Source of the DNA: a virus
Lineage: Duplodnaviria; Caudoviricetes
Strand: one strand, 5' to 3'
Virus record (IMG/VR): IMGVR_UViG_3300025150_000016
Span: 1-59,368 of that record
Length of the DNA: 59,368 bases
A model generated the notes under the pieces. That model ran no database searches, had not been told where the DNA came from, and worked only from the letters and a program-made list of their open reading frames with translations. Position numbers and translations under genes: made by a program. Shown here piece after piece: positions 29,101 through 38,400 of this stretch. Positions within the stretch are counted from its first letter, which is position 1. Every line of letters starts with the position of its first letter.

Positions 29101-29937
29101 GGGCCAGTGGATCAGGGCGAGGACACCTCGGTCCGCCGGATAGATCGACCCGGAGAGGGTCACCTCGGTCCGAAGCGGTAGGGCGGTCACGTCGTCGAGG
29201 GTGGAGGAGCGGAAGCTCGCCAGGGTGGACCGGATGACCGGGTCGTTGGCTGCCGTTCCAGGGCGGGTGTAGCCGCTGGCGAAAAAGAGCCCCACCCCGG
29301 CCCCGTACATGGAGGTCACGCCCACGTTGACGTTCGAGTTCCACAGGGGATCCGTCTGTGGGTCCCGACCCCCGGGATCCGCTGCATCCCCGAACGGGCT
29401 GTCGTTGATGTCGGTGATGAGCGGACTCGGGACCTTGTGGTAGTACGGGTAGATGTTGGCGTCGTCCTGGTCGCCAACGGTGCTCGTGATGATCCCACGG
29501 GCCTTCAGGCCAGCGTCATCGGTCTTCAAGGCCCCCCAGTCGGGGATGCCAGAGAAGGTGGTCCAAGGAGCCCACCCGCCGAGCATGGGCGGCTGAGGCG
29601 GGAACACTCCCACAACCTCGTCGAAGGCCCCTTCCACGTTGTCCGAGTGAAGCGTCTCGGGGTGACCGTCCAGAGAGATGGCGGTGGCCGGGTGAGCCCC
29701 CTTGGCCGTGTCGATGTGGGCGTGAACAGCCTCTCCTGCCGCCGCACCTTCGCTGAGCTTGGCCCGGACCCAGCGGGGAAGCGGAACGGTGCCGCTTGGG
29801 CTGACCCAGCCAGCCTGGCCGATGTTCGGACCGGGACCGGCCATACCACCGCCCGTCAGGACCACGGTGGTGCCCTTCTCGGGGACCCGCTTCCCAGAGC
29901 CGGTCTTCAGATCACCAGGGTTTACGTTCCGTGGCAT
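26134..29937 (-). CDS. Virion structural protein (1267 aa)
   Basis: HIDTAKGAHPATAIS fibre-like motif near the N-terminus; G/P/D-rich; tail cluster. Confidence 0.7.
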   Translation of the reverse strand: MPRNVNPGDLKTGSGKRVPEKGTTVVLTGGGMAGPGPNIGQAGWVSPSGTVPLPRWVRAKLSEGAAAGEAVHAHIDTAKGAHPATAISLDGHPETLHSDNVEGAFDEVVGVFPPQPPMLGGWAPWTTFSGIPDWGALKTDDAGLKARGIITSTVGDQDDANIYPYYHKVPSPLITDINDSPFGDAADPGGRDPQTDPLWNSNVNVGVTSMYGAGVGLFFASGYTRPGTAANDPVIRSTLASFRSSTLDDVTALPLRTEVTLSGSIYPADRGVLALIHWPPGQRENPPTVQEFLAQPLLDRVVAAILLGQGILGEGCDGGDDDCDNFGACDGDPGGIFSIGQDADGNYDPFAFPGRATGQYNLSEIHRGLDALDAQGLKAPFDGGAGVYDRDLNATTPALGQVRLGTDPNAGEADPSGYGIPILGGDVNAYDPDPVAVANVAAPRIGHTVIGNAIISMESPTAPGFRLLTQNFFGYRLPYLKDYSAEGLKWTPSGADPVTTREKFRFFQVAQPADPAFASVNTAGNYGTPFDEDYVTWQVGRYRQAFLMPSTEVNGVEEEVGSYWLIHFKKERDFEAFVRDGVMPWDATDGYEIYGAQTIDTTDPVEGSANLVNEVSSGGTFTAPDGPAADYGYVARTYFQRRSNILLDYIAAPTFTGTFDWLRRVGSPDGVMYVSGVAYFVSHRQDTGANNVLFSGLDITETTNGFFDRLYRTDDAWLNSENVVAGTDDPALLSTPSPAFITFFPFAFGPHPAPPADQPDGPSATFPLNADTDLGLSDPLSPKNPSRVEVPFTHMGPGGANQYSDANGPQIGDAAVIGMAGGADITFHGDASQPAFTMRARPRAFFRTPLGHQAATTAVIPYSANDGHGIIVEPSDGAVILLHTTSFDPINFLGEFGNFTSGATPSSVDPNMFTFEKDVWERFLDESYRYITSFHRGLADPDGLHAIAGYGSIARRALTGPGLFTWGVTPIEVPVRAGATASHSTDWANTAWLPMNIHQQEFNLHGGGGLDAITPELQVVGWPDRNPPITDMVNAPFPSTGLLIYPKTDYSPVGSPNLRPNLAQDALPADQPDYSSLAGLRTFVRAFDASFGQAVAAAGQPFFTIRLDGIQLSDFAYDPPGPGGAGVAKDKVAVLVKVPGLTTWMDLGRADGAGPSKQDPNLDGAGCMVVGPDTFDAVDPVTGIVYCQVRVNVGPAVNLFASTGIEGTTVGEVPVLVKVQMGSPATPYAMDNEYDPGTDTFLGPVPGPGISYERLRGICGIRLVQPV

Positions 29938-32900
29938 GTTGCCTCATCTCCCACGAGCAGCAGCAGGTTCCGGGTCCGGTACAGCGCCGCCGAGCATCGG
30001 TTGTCCGTGTCCACGAACCGGACGTTGTTCTCGTCGTCCATCTCGGCGAACCGGGTCAGCACGATCAGCAGCAACTCGCTCTTGCGGAACAGGACCCCTC
30101 CCGAGACACCAGGGACCTCCTCGATGGCCCGAGCCAGGAACGGCACCATGACCTTGTGCCGTGTGCTCCCGAAGAGCGGCTGGCTCAGGATGGTCGGCCG
30201 GTAGGTCGAGGCATCTGCGTAGGGGTAATAGGCCCGGAACTCACCGTCCTTCCGTGGAGGCTGGTTGTTGGCCGTACCGCCGAACGTATAGACGCTCTGG
30301 ATGTCTGCCTGAACGAAAGCGTGTAGGGCCAGCAATCCCGTGTTGGCGTTGAAGTCGTCGATGGACACCTCGGCTGAGGCAGCGAAGTACCACTCGTGGA
30401 TGGTCTGGTACGTCGGGTCCAGCGGGTTCCCGTCGTTGACCGGGATCTGGTCGAGAGGTGAGCCGTAGGGGTAGGCCAGGTCGTGGCCGCCCATGCCCAC
30501 CTGCCCTGTCCACACGTCCTTGGACATGAGGAGGGGCTCGATGTTGAGCGTCGTGGGGACTACCCCGTCCCCGGTCGTGAGGATGTCTCCCTCCTTGACA
30601 CCCGCCGTCTGCGGCGAGTTCGTGCGGAAGTAGACGTTCACCTGGTAGCCACCACCCAGGGCTCCGTAGTTCGGGAGCGGGTCCTGGGCGTAGTACTCGA
30701 CCCGGCAGAGGGTCTGCCCTCCACCGGAGAGGTTGGGCGGAGAGAGTGTCACGAGCCGGGACGAGGACCCGAAATCCGTCAGGGTCGGGTCGATGGTCTT
30801 GGCCGCCATGCCGTCGGGCACGTCGAACACCCGGGTGAGGCCCGCCTGGACGCCCGCTGCGTTGCTGTAGAGCCGCCGGGGGAAGAACAAAGTGCGGTTG
30901 TCCCGGCTGACGATCTCTTCTTCCTGTCCGGCGTTCGACCCGATGGCCCCAGAGAGCGGATTGGCGTGCTCGAAGGTGTCGTTGGCGGCGTACTCCAACT
31001 GCACCTCACGGAACCCACCACGGAACCTCGGCCGGAGCAGAAGCTCGAAATCGGCTGGCCGCTGCGGGGCGGCATTCTCGATGACCGCCCCACCGTCGGG
31101 CGTACCGGCCACCTGCAAAGCCCCAGTCCCGTTGTACATGGCGGGGTCGGGGACCACGAGATGGTCTGGGGTGTCGGTGAGGCCCACGCCAGGCGGGTAG
31201 GTGACCTCGAACTCGACGAAGATGCGTCGGCCAGAGCCCTTGAGTTCGGGGTTGGCCACGAAGTTCGGGACGGCCGGGGGGTCGGCCCCATCGTCCGAAC
31301 CGACCATGTTGTGGGTGGCCACCGGCTGGCCGCCGTTCACCTGGGTGATGTTGCCGTCCAGGGTGACCTCCACCTTGGAGGTGCCGAGGCCCCTGATGAT
31401 GGTCGCCTGCACGTCCTGGGTGACGGCGGAGTCGTAATCACCGTCGTCGTGCCACATGCCCAGCACGTCCGTGAACACCGTCCCCGGCGGAGCGAAGCTG
31501 AGGAAGGTGTTGGCGACGTGGCCCATGGAGTCCCCGTCGCCGTCCGTCCCCTGGAAGACCTTGCCGAGGGTGGTCACGACCCAGTTCTCCAGATCGAAGA
31601 CGAGGGTGTCCCCCTCGAACCAGCCGCTCGGGTCCGAGACGGTTGGGGGAACCGTCTCCATCTTGGTGACGTACTTGCCAGGATTGGCCGTCCCCGGAGC
31701 CACCGGGCCACCCTGCGTCACGCCATCGGGGCGGTCGCCGGGATAGAAGGACAGGACCAGGCGCTCGACCACAGGCTGGTCGGCGAACCGACGGGCAACG
31801 TGGTCGAAGTTGCGGATGTGGTCCCCTCGGGGCGTATCGCCCGAAAGAGGAGGATTCCCCTGGGCGGCGTTGCTCCGGCCGATCTCGTTGCACACGAGCA
31901 TCCGGGTTGAAACGTCGCCGGAGGAGCCGCCGAGGGTCTGCTTGGATGCCGTGTCCACCGACCAGGTGCGGAGGCTCCCGTCGAGGAGGCTCTGCATCTG
32001 GTACTGAAGCTCGGCCGCCAGATCCACACCTGGGAAGATGACGTGCCGCCGCAGGTCCAGCAGGTTCTCCTGCGTGACCACATCGGCGAAATGGTTGTCC
32101 GGCCGGTCGCTCACGCCAGCGGGGATGACACCGAGAGGACCGTTGTACCCGGCATGATCGTACATCGGAGCGCCGTTGGCGTTGTTCTCAGGGTCGAATC
32201 CCTTGAAGCCCGCCAAGGAGTCGCTGACGTTGTTGTGCCGGTGAACGAAACAGATCGGGATGGCGAAAACGAAACCGTCGATGGAACTGAGGTCTTGAGC
32301 CGCCGCCTCGGAGCCGTCCCCCGCCACCCAGAGCCCGTCGTCCGTGAGGCCGTAAGCAACCGCCGAGGACTGAAGCCACGTCTGGGTGCTGTCCGCCCGG
32401 ACAAAGGGGTAGGAGCGGGCATCAATCCCGTTGCTGGCGTGAACGGGGATGTTTCTTCCGCCCTGGGCGAAGATGGCGGCGTCATCGGGGCCGCCCCCGG
32501 CGATGAGGGTGGAGAATCCGTCCGGGTGGTCCTTGTAGTTAACGGCCTCTGAGGCGGCCGTCGTCCTGATGCGGTACTGGATCTGAACCCGCTGGGAGGA
32601 CTCCACGTCGATGGCTGGATCGACGAGTTCATCGGTGAGCCAGACCCCACTGGGGGACTGGACGTTGCCGTGCCGGTAAATCTGGCCCTGGCTGGTTGAG
32701 GGCTTGTTGGGCCGGTTGGCACCCCCCGTGAGCACTGGCCCCGAGGCCACCCAGGAGCCCAGTGCCCCGCCGCCAGCCTGGTTGACCGAAAGGGTGATGA
32801 AGTTCCCGGTCGGGGGCACGTCGATGGCCGACCCGGTCCCTGGGGTCAGGGCGAGGATGGTCACTGTGTCGCCGTTAGCCCGAGCCTCCACCATCGTGTC

Positions 32901-33701
32901 GAAGCTATTGGCCACATCGTTGATGGCGGCGGCGATGTTGGCCGCCGTGGTCACGTTGTTTCCCGAGACGAGGACGAACTGGTCCACACCAGGGGCCGCC
33001 GCTGCCGTCAGTGCAACGCCGTTGACGAGAAGCTGGTCCCCGTTGGCCATCTGGGCCGAGTCAACCACCTGCACCTGGCCTGATGCTCGTGGGCTTGGAG
33101 CCACAAGGGCTCGCCAGACTTCGAGGAACACGAAGTCGCAGCGTTTCACCGTGGCGTTGGTGCCGTCGTAGATGGTCGGGTCGTTGAGCCCGATGAGATT
33201 CCCGCCGGGCGTGCTGGTGTTCGTGTACTCGACCACCACAGGATGCCCGGCGACGATGGCTTCCAGCTTGGGCAGGACGAACGAGTTCAGAAGCGTGCCG
33301 TCATCGTGGAGGAACAGCCCCCCAGCCCCCTGCGAACCCCCCTGCGAACCCCCCTGCGAGCCGCCCAGCGAGCCATCGTCGGCGGTTGAGCCACTGTCGT
33401 CGGTGACGTTGTGGTCTTGCCCGAGCCCGTAGTCGCAGTAGACATCGTTGTGGGTGCGACCACGGAGCCAACCAGACGGCACCTGCCACCTGCGGAGGAG
33501 GAAGTTCTCCATCCACGAGGCGTCCTGGTGCAGGTTGAGTTCAGAGTCGAGAACGGGCTTGCCGCTCTCGGCCACGACGGTGTGCCAGGCCCGCTCCCCG
33601 ACTTTGACGTGACGGGAGACGGTGTTCGGCACCTGGTCCTCAGCAGGCGTGGGTGCCTGCTGAATCCCCTCAAAGTGCTTGTCGTGGTCCTTCAGCGCCA
33701 T
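29922..33701 (-). CDS. Virion structural protein (1259 aa), paralog of 11438-17815
   Basis: GKPVLDSELN, DFVFLEVW, RVQIQYRIR, RPDNHFADVV...DLRR. Confidence 0.75.
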   Translation of the reverse strand: MALKDHDKHFEGIQQAPTPAEDQVPNTVSRHVKVGERAWHTVVAESGKPVLDSELNLHQDASWMENFLLRRWQVPSGWLRGRTHNDVYCDYGLGQDHNVTDDSGSTADDGSLGGSQGGSQGGSQGAGGLFLHDDGTLLNSFVLPKLEAIVAGHPVVVEYTNTSTPGGNLIGLNDPTIYDGTNATVKRCDFVFLEVWRALVAPSPRASGQVQVVDSAQMANGDQLLVNGVALTAAAAPGVDQFVLVSGNNVTTAANIAAAINDVANSFDTMVEARANGDTVTILALTPGTGSAIDVPPTGNFITLSVNQAGGGALGSWVASGPVLTGGANRPNKPSTSQGQIYRHGNVQSPSGVWLTDELVDPAIDVESSQRVQIQYRIRTTAASEAVNYKDHPDGFSTLIAGGGPDDAAIFAQGGRNIPVHASNGIDARSYPFVRADSTQTWLQSSAVAYGLTDDGLWVAGDGSEAAAQDLSSIDGFVFAIPICFVHRHNNVSDSLAGFKGFDPENNANGAPMYDHAGYNGPLGVIPAGVSDRPDNHFADVVTQENLLDLRRHVIFPGVDLAAELQYQMQSLLDGSLRTWSVDTASKQTLGGSSGDVSTRMLVCNEIGRSNAAQGNPPLSGDTPRGDHIRNFDHVARRFADQPVVERLVLSFYPGDRPDGVTQGGPVAPGTANPGKYVTKMETVPPTVSDPSGWFEGDTLVFDLENWVVTTLGKVFQGTDGDGDSMGHVANTFLSFAPPGTVFTDVLGMWHDDGDYDSAVTQDVQATIIRGLGTSKVEVTLDGNITQVNGGQPVATHNMVGSDDGADPPAVPNFVANPELKGSGRRIFVEFEVTYPPGVGLTDTPDHLVVPDPAMYNGTGALQVAGTPDGGAVIENAAPQRPADFELLLRPRFRGGFREVQLEYAANDTFEHANPLSGAIGSNAGQEEEIVSRDNRTLFFPRRLYSNAAGVQAGLTRVFDVPDGMAAKTIDPTLTDFGSSSRLVTLSPPNLSGGGQTLCRVEYYAQDPLPNYGALGGGYQVNVYFRTNSPQTAGVKEGDILTTGDGVVPTTLNIEPLLMSKDVWTGQVGMGGHDLAYPYGSPLDQIPVNDGNPLDPTYQTIHEWYFAASAEVSIDDFNANTGLLALHAFVQADIQSVYTFGGTANNQPPRKDGEFRAYYPYADASTYRPTILSQPLFGSTRHKVMVPFLARAIEEVPGVSGGVLFRKSELLLIVLTRFAEMDDENNVRFVDTDNRCSAALYRTRNLLLLVGDEATCHGT
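33326..33373. repeat. 12-bp tandem repeat (about 4 units) encoding GSLG-GSQG-GSQG-GSQG
   Basis: CCCCCTGCGAAC twice plus two degenerate units. Confidence 0.8.
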
Positions 33702-33704
33702 CCG

Positions 33705-34655
33705 TCACGTCCTCGAAAACACGTCGGGGTGGGTCTTGAGATTGAACCGTGGCCGTTCCCAAGCTACCAGTTCCGCATACATGGCCTGGAGGGCCAGCCA
33801 CTCAGGGCTGCTCTGTACCAAGATGTACACAGACTCTCCGGTCATCTGTTCGAAGATGGCGATCTTCTCGGATACGTCACCAGGAAGACAGCCGTCGTTT
33901 TTACGCCAGCCTTTCAACTCCACCCACCCTGCGGGGATGTCACCCAAAGGGGCGAGGAGCCGGAAATCAGGCGTCCAACGGACACCGCCGGGCAGCATGA
34001 AAACTTGAGGCTCGTACTCGTAGGGCACACCTCTATAGGCGAGGATACGGGCAAAGTTCGCTTCCAACGTGCTGCGACAGTAGTGGGGGATGCCCTTGCG
34101 GAAACCTGTGATACCCCGCCCTGCACCCGGAGGAATTAGGGTGCCGTTGACGATCCTTGTTTGCAGACTCTTGGCCTGCCTCCCAGCATCCCGAAGACCG
34201 AAAGTCGAGCCCTCACGGATTGCCCTCCGACGCTGTCCCTCAGACAACTTGTCTCTGTAGTCCGGCTGCTGGCGGAGGTCCGTCAGGACTCGACGACCAC
34301 GGTCAGCCAGTACCTTTCGGTACTCGTCCGTCAGGTCATGGGTCTGGCCTTGACCCCCTTCAGAAATCGCTGCCCGATGTTCAGGGGAGAGCGTCTTCCC
34401 CGCCCAAGGTGCGGAATCCCTGAGTCGGGCCGATTGCTCCGCACGAGCCTTTGGGTCGGCCCATCGTTTCGACGCTGCTTTGGACTGCCTGGCCCGGCAC
34501 TCTGGGGAACGGGCACGAGAGCCCTCTACCTCAACCAAAGCATCTGGGAACTGGTTCCGGTACTGCCCTACGGTAAAAGAGTGAGCCGCTTTGATGTGGG
34601 CACCAAGACGGAGGCGCTCAACCCCACAGACCTCGCACCTGACCATTGCACGCAT
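33705..34655 (-). CDS. Free-standing putative homing endonuclease: Zn finger, NUMOD3-like helices and PD-(D/E)XK nuclease
   Basis: CEVCG...HIKAAH; GKTLSPEHRAAISEG; RSTLEANFA...YEYEP...WTPDF...WVELKGW; ATG 34655 with AAGGGA. Confidence 0.82.
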   Translation of the reverse strand: MRAMVRCEVCGVERLRLGAHIKAAHSFTVGQYRNQFPDALVEVEGSRARSPECRARQSKAASKRWADPKARAEQSARLRDSAPWAGKTLSPEHRAAISEGGQGQTHDLTDEYRKVLADRGRRVLTDLRQQPDYRDKLSEGQRRRAIREGSTFGLRDAGRQAKSLQTRIVNGTLIPPGAGRGITGFRKGIPHYCRSTLEANFARILAYRGVPYEYEPQVFMLPGGVRWTPDFRLLAPLGDIPAGWVELKGWRKNDGCLPGDVSEKIAIFEQMTGESVYILVQSSPEWLALQAMYAELVAWERPRFNLKTHPDVFSRT

Positions 34656-34677
34656 ACTAATCCCTTTGGGGAAGTTC

Positions 34678-34703
34678 TGGTGAACTACCTTACTTTCGGG
34701 GTA
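34678..34703 (-). other. Antisense, allele-like copy of the upstream gene's VNYLTF(S/G)V codons (inverted-repeat partner of 34784-34809); candidate guide/regulatory RNA segment
   Basis: 13-bp perfect inverted repeat (34678-34690 vs 34797-34809) extending to 20/26 identity. Confidence 0.6.
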
Positions 34704-34729
34704 GGTGGCAGTCACGGCAGCAGGCTGCA

Positions 34730-35389
34730 TTAGAACGAAAGTCTCCATGTAATTGCCAACGTGGCGGTACTTGGTTTCGATATTACTGAAAAGGTCAGGT
34801 AGTTCACCATCAAGTCCTTGCCGGTCACGTCGATGGTGGCGTCGTAGTTGCTTGGGCCGTTGCTGATGGTGTTCAGGATGCCCGGGTTCAGGGACACCGT
34901 AGACATCAGCCCCATCTCGTTGAGCGGTCCGACCGCCTCGGCCTCCCCGTACACCGTCGTGAAGTCCACGATGTTCGTGGGGAACGCCACTGCCACCCCG
35001 GAGGTGTTCCGGTACTGGGCGGAGGCGAACGCCTTGCGGGCGATCTCGTTGTTGAGCTTCCGCTGCGTGTTCTGGGGGGCATCGGGCGAGAGCAGGTTGC
35101 CTGTGGCCCCTGTCCCCACGGCCAGCATCGTGAGGCCGTTGTTCTGTGCCGAGGACGGGTCGAGGCTGTTGCGGAAGAGGCGGGCCGCCAGGATCCCTGC
35201 GTCCCTGGTGATGATGTTCTCCTTCTCCCAGTAGACGAGGCTCTCTCCCGTCTTGGCGTCCCGCATGTCGAAGATGAGGACGCCTTTCTTCGCTCCGAGC
35301 ATGAGCGCCGCCGCCTCCTCGTGCCGGATGCCCAAGCCAAGGTGAACTCCTTGACGTGGCCCTTGGATTTTTTCGTGGTGGAAGCTCAT
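34730..35389 (-). CDS. Baseplate / tail-fibre attachment protein (tail-collar/DUF3751-like fold)
   Basis: NIIT..AG, LAVGTG, LNNEIARK, EAVGPLNEMGL, F..ISK....L.ITWRLSF pattern. Confidence 0.65.
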   Translation of the reverse strand: MSFHHEKIQGPRQGVHLGLGIRHEEAAALMLGAKKGVLIFDMRDAKTGESLVYWEKENIITRDAGILAARLFRNSLDPSSAQNNGLTMLAVGTGATGNLLSPDAPQNTQRKLNNEIARKAFASAQYRNTSGVAVAFPTNIVDFTTVYGEAEAVGPLNEMGLMSTVSLNPGILNTISNGPSNYDATIDVTGKDLMVNYLTFSVISKPSTATLAITWRLSF

Positions 35390-35430
35390 CTAGCCCTCTC
35401 GAACGAGCACGGCGTCTCTACTTTTCGGGG

Positions 35431-35447
35431 CCATAGGCCAAATACCG
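35431..35447 (-). promoter_or_regulatory. Putative late promoter CGGT-N5-GCCTATGG
   Basis: Recurrent motif, about 40 nt upstream of ATG 35389. Confidence 0.6.
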
Positions 35448-35456
35448 GCCCGGCCC

Positions 35457-38400
35457 TCACACGGCCGTCAAAACCAAGTGCTGCTCCACACCCTGAGGCA
35501 GCGGAGACCCGCCTGATGCGACCATACCCGCAAAGGGGTCATGGAAGTTGACGGGTTGAACGGTTGCCAGACCCCCAGCCAGCAGCGACGACTGCCGCAC
35601 CTTCGCCCCTCCCTGGAGAACCCCGGTTGGGGACACCCGGTCCACCCGGAGGTCAAGGGAATCGCTGGAGGAAAGCCTGATGATGTGGGTCGGGCTCACC
35701 GGCTCCACAGCCTCAACCAGGACCACCCTCTCCCCCAGGAGGTTCGTGAAGACCGAAGCCCTCACGTACTGCCCAACGACCGGGTGGTTGTTGATGACCT
35801 CTGCCAACGATTCTGGGCCGTTGGGGGCCACGGCCCACTCCTGGTCGGTGGCTGGGATGACGACCCCGGTGAACACCCACTGGATGCTGTTGGGGTCCTC
35901 GATGACCACCTCGATGCCCACCGGGGCTGGGTCCTGCACGAAGACCAGGTGCCCGAAGTCCTTCTTCGGGCTCAGGGCGTCCACCCCTCCCCAGGGGCCA
36001 TAGCGGGAGTAGTCCCCCGCCCCCGACATGACCGCAAAAGCCGCCCCCAGCACCTCGGGAGTCCCATTCGGGTTGACCAGCCACAGATGAGGCTCGCTCG
36101 GCGGGACGCTATCGGCGAGGTCGAGGCTGTACTCCTCGTCGAGCATCTGGCCGACGCATCCACCGCCCCCTTGTGAGTCGCCGAGAGGGTCTGGAACCAA
36201 GTCGTCCCCGATGCTGCCTCCTTGCGAATCTCCTATCGGGCCTACAACGGCATCGTCCCCGGCGCTGCCCCCCTGGCTCCCTTCTGGGTTAGGAGCACCG
36301 ACACTGCCCCCTTGGCTCTCCTGGCCGCAGGCCGAAGCATCCACCAGGACTTCCCGCAGCCGCATGAACCACTCGGTCTGGCGGTAGATCTTGCCGCCCC
36401 CGAGCCGGGGCGGGAGGGACGGGTAGGTCGGGTAGAAGATGGTGGTCCCCGGGCCAAGGGTCCCACCCAACGGGTTGTCCACCGAGGTGATGGTCCCACC
36501 CGAGAGCACGGGGCCGACGTAGTTCCCGCCGGAGGCGAAAAAGAACTTCCCGGGCATTCCGCCGCCCTGCTCGACGGTATGGACGACCCTGGAGTCCTCG
36601 GTGGACACCATGGCCCCAGCACCTTCCCAGAAGGAAGTCCCGCTGAACCAGAGCAGGTGGGCTCCCGTCGGGGCACCCACGTAGTCGCCCGTCTCCGTGA
36701 GGTTGGCGTTGGCCCCGGCTCCCCCATGCGGTGCCCCTGGGCCACCGACCTCGTAGATCTTGTCCCCGACTCCGGCCTCCATGAATCCAGGGGTATCCGA
36801 GAGCAGGGTGGCCTCACACGGGAAAGACAAAAGCCCCTCCTCCCCCTCCGTGACCTCCATGAACTCCATCCCCTCGTAGAGGGAATCCGGGTCGTTGGTG
36901 AAAGTGACCACCCGGAAGGGGTCGTTGAGAATGAACTCCGGGTCCACGTTGAGGACATCGTTGGGGTCGTTGATCTGGGAGCCCCAGATCTCCTGCCGCT
37001 CGGACTCGGCCATCTGACTCTTGGGGACAGGCGGGGTCCCCTCGTTGAGCCTGGTGATGCCGTCGAGGAGAGGCTGGTTGAGCAGGTACGTGTTGGTGAC
37101 CGGCTTCCCGGGGACGAACACGACCGTCACCGGGGTCTTGGCCTGGGAGATGCTCCATTCTTCATCACCCCCGGCAGGGCTCGCCGGGAACGCCGTGGTC
37201 ACCCAGACCTTCCCGGCCGCCGTGTCCACCTTCTCGATGAGGTAAGACCCCTCGGCCTTCCCGAACCGGATCTTGAGGAGGTCCCCCGCCACCACGCCTG
37301 TGATGTCCTCGTCGGCAGTGAAGACCTTGCTCTTGGCCTCGAAGGACCCCTTGGTCCCCTGGACCTTGAGCCCGAAGCACCTGGGGTTCCCATCGTCGTC
37401 CGGCTTGAGGGCGATGAGTTGCCCCTCGGGCAGGAAATCGAACATCTCCGAGGTGTAGATGTTCGACCCGTCGATGACCTTCCAGATGCTCTCGGCGTAC
37501 AGATGGGTCGGCAGGAGGGTGACCCGGCGGTCGTCCAACGTCTGGACCACAACGGTCTCGTGGCCCACATCCGCCGTCAACTCCCCAGAGGTGATGACGT
37601 TGTGCCGGTTGAGGACCATGTTCTCCGGCATTCGGATGTTGTCGGTGTGGCTGCGGAACAGCCGGTAACGCACTCGCTGCCAGCGCTGCTGGGTCACGTT
37701 CTCCTTGCGGAGCGAACCGAACTCCACCCGGCCGAGTGGCTGCTCCTCCCGAGGCAGGTGGTTGTACTCCACGTTGATCCACCCCGCCGAAGGCTCGGTG
37801 ATCTGGGTGGCGAACCCCGTCCCAGGCGTGCTGGGGTCTTCGGACTGGTAGTACGGAGGCAGGGGGAGGTCGGGACGGAAGACCGTCACACCCCAGGTCG
37901 GGTCCCTCCAAATGCGGACTTCGATGTCCTCACGCCAGTCCATCTCCTCGATGACCGGCCCGTTCTGCCGGGAGTTCTGGGCCGGGGAAGGGTCGGTTCG
38001 TGGAAGCTCCCAGTCGTTGATGCTGTCCGGGTTGGAACCACGGAGAACGCCGAGGGTGCGCTTGCAGGCATTGGCCGGGAGCCCCTGGAAGCTGACCGAA
38101 TGCCACTCGACGGTGCTCGTGATGGCGGGGTTCATCACCCCGGTCAAGTCGTTCCCGAACTGCCCGAACACGGCGTTGGTGTTGTTCGATCCCCCGGTGA
38201 ACGCCGAGGACGCCATGGTCGGAAGCTGGAGAGTGTCGTCGAGGTACAGGAGGACGGCATCGTTCTCTGCGTCCAGCACGAGGCGATAGGTGTGGAACTC
38301 GTCGTCGTCCCAGTCGAAGGCGTACTGCTGCACCAGCGTGCCGGTCTCGTCCGACTCCACCCGAACGCCACCCGTGACGAGGTGGGCTGTGGCCATCCGA

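Noticed and set aside
22477-29181. 2234-aa plus-strand ORF (also 13094-17974, 36222-38585, 42323-44335 and similar)
   Set aside because: Antisense shadows of GC3-rich minus-strand genes; V/G/R/H-rich with no motifs, while the minus-strand frames carry recognisable domains and RBSs.
34656-34748. Longer 347-aa start for the PD-(D/E)XK nuclease
   Set aside because: It overlaps the upstream gene and has no clear RBS; ATG 34655 has AAGGGA and sits right before the Zn finger. It cannot be fully excluded, and if used the antisense segment would also be coding.
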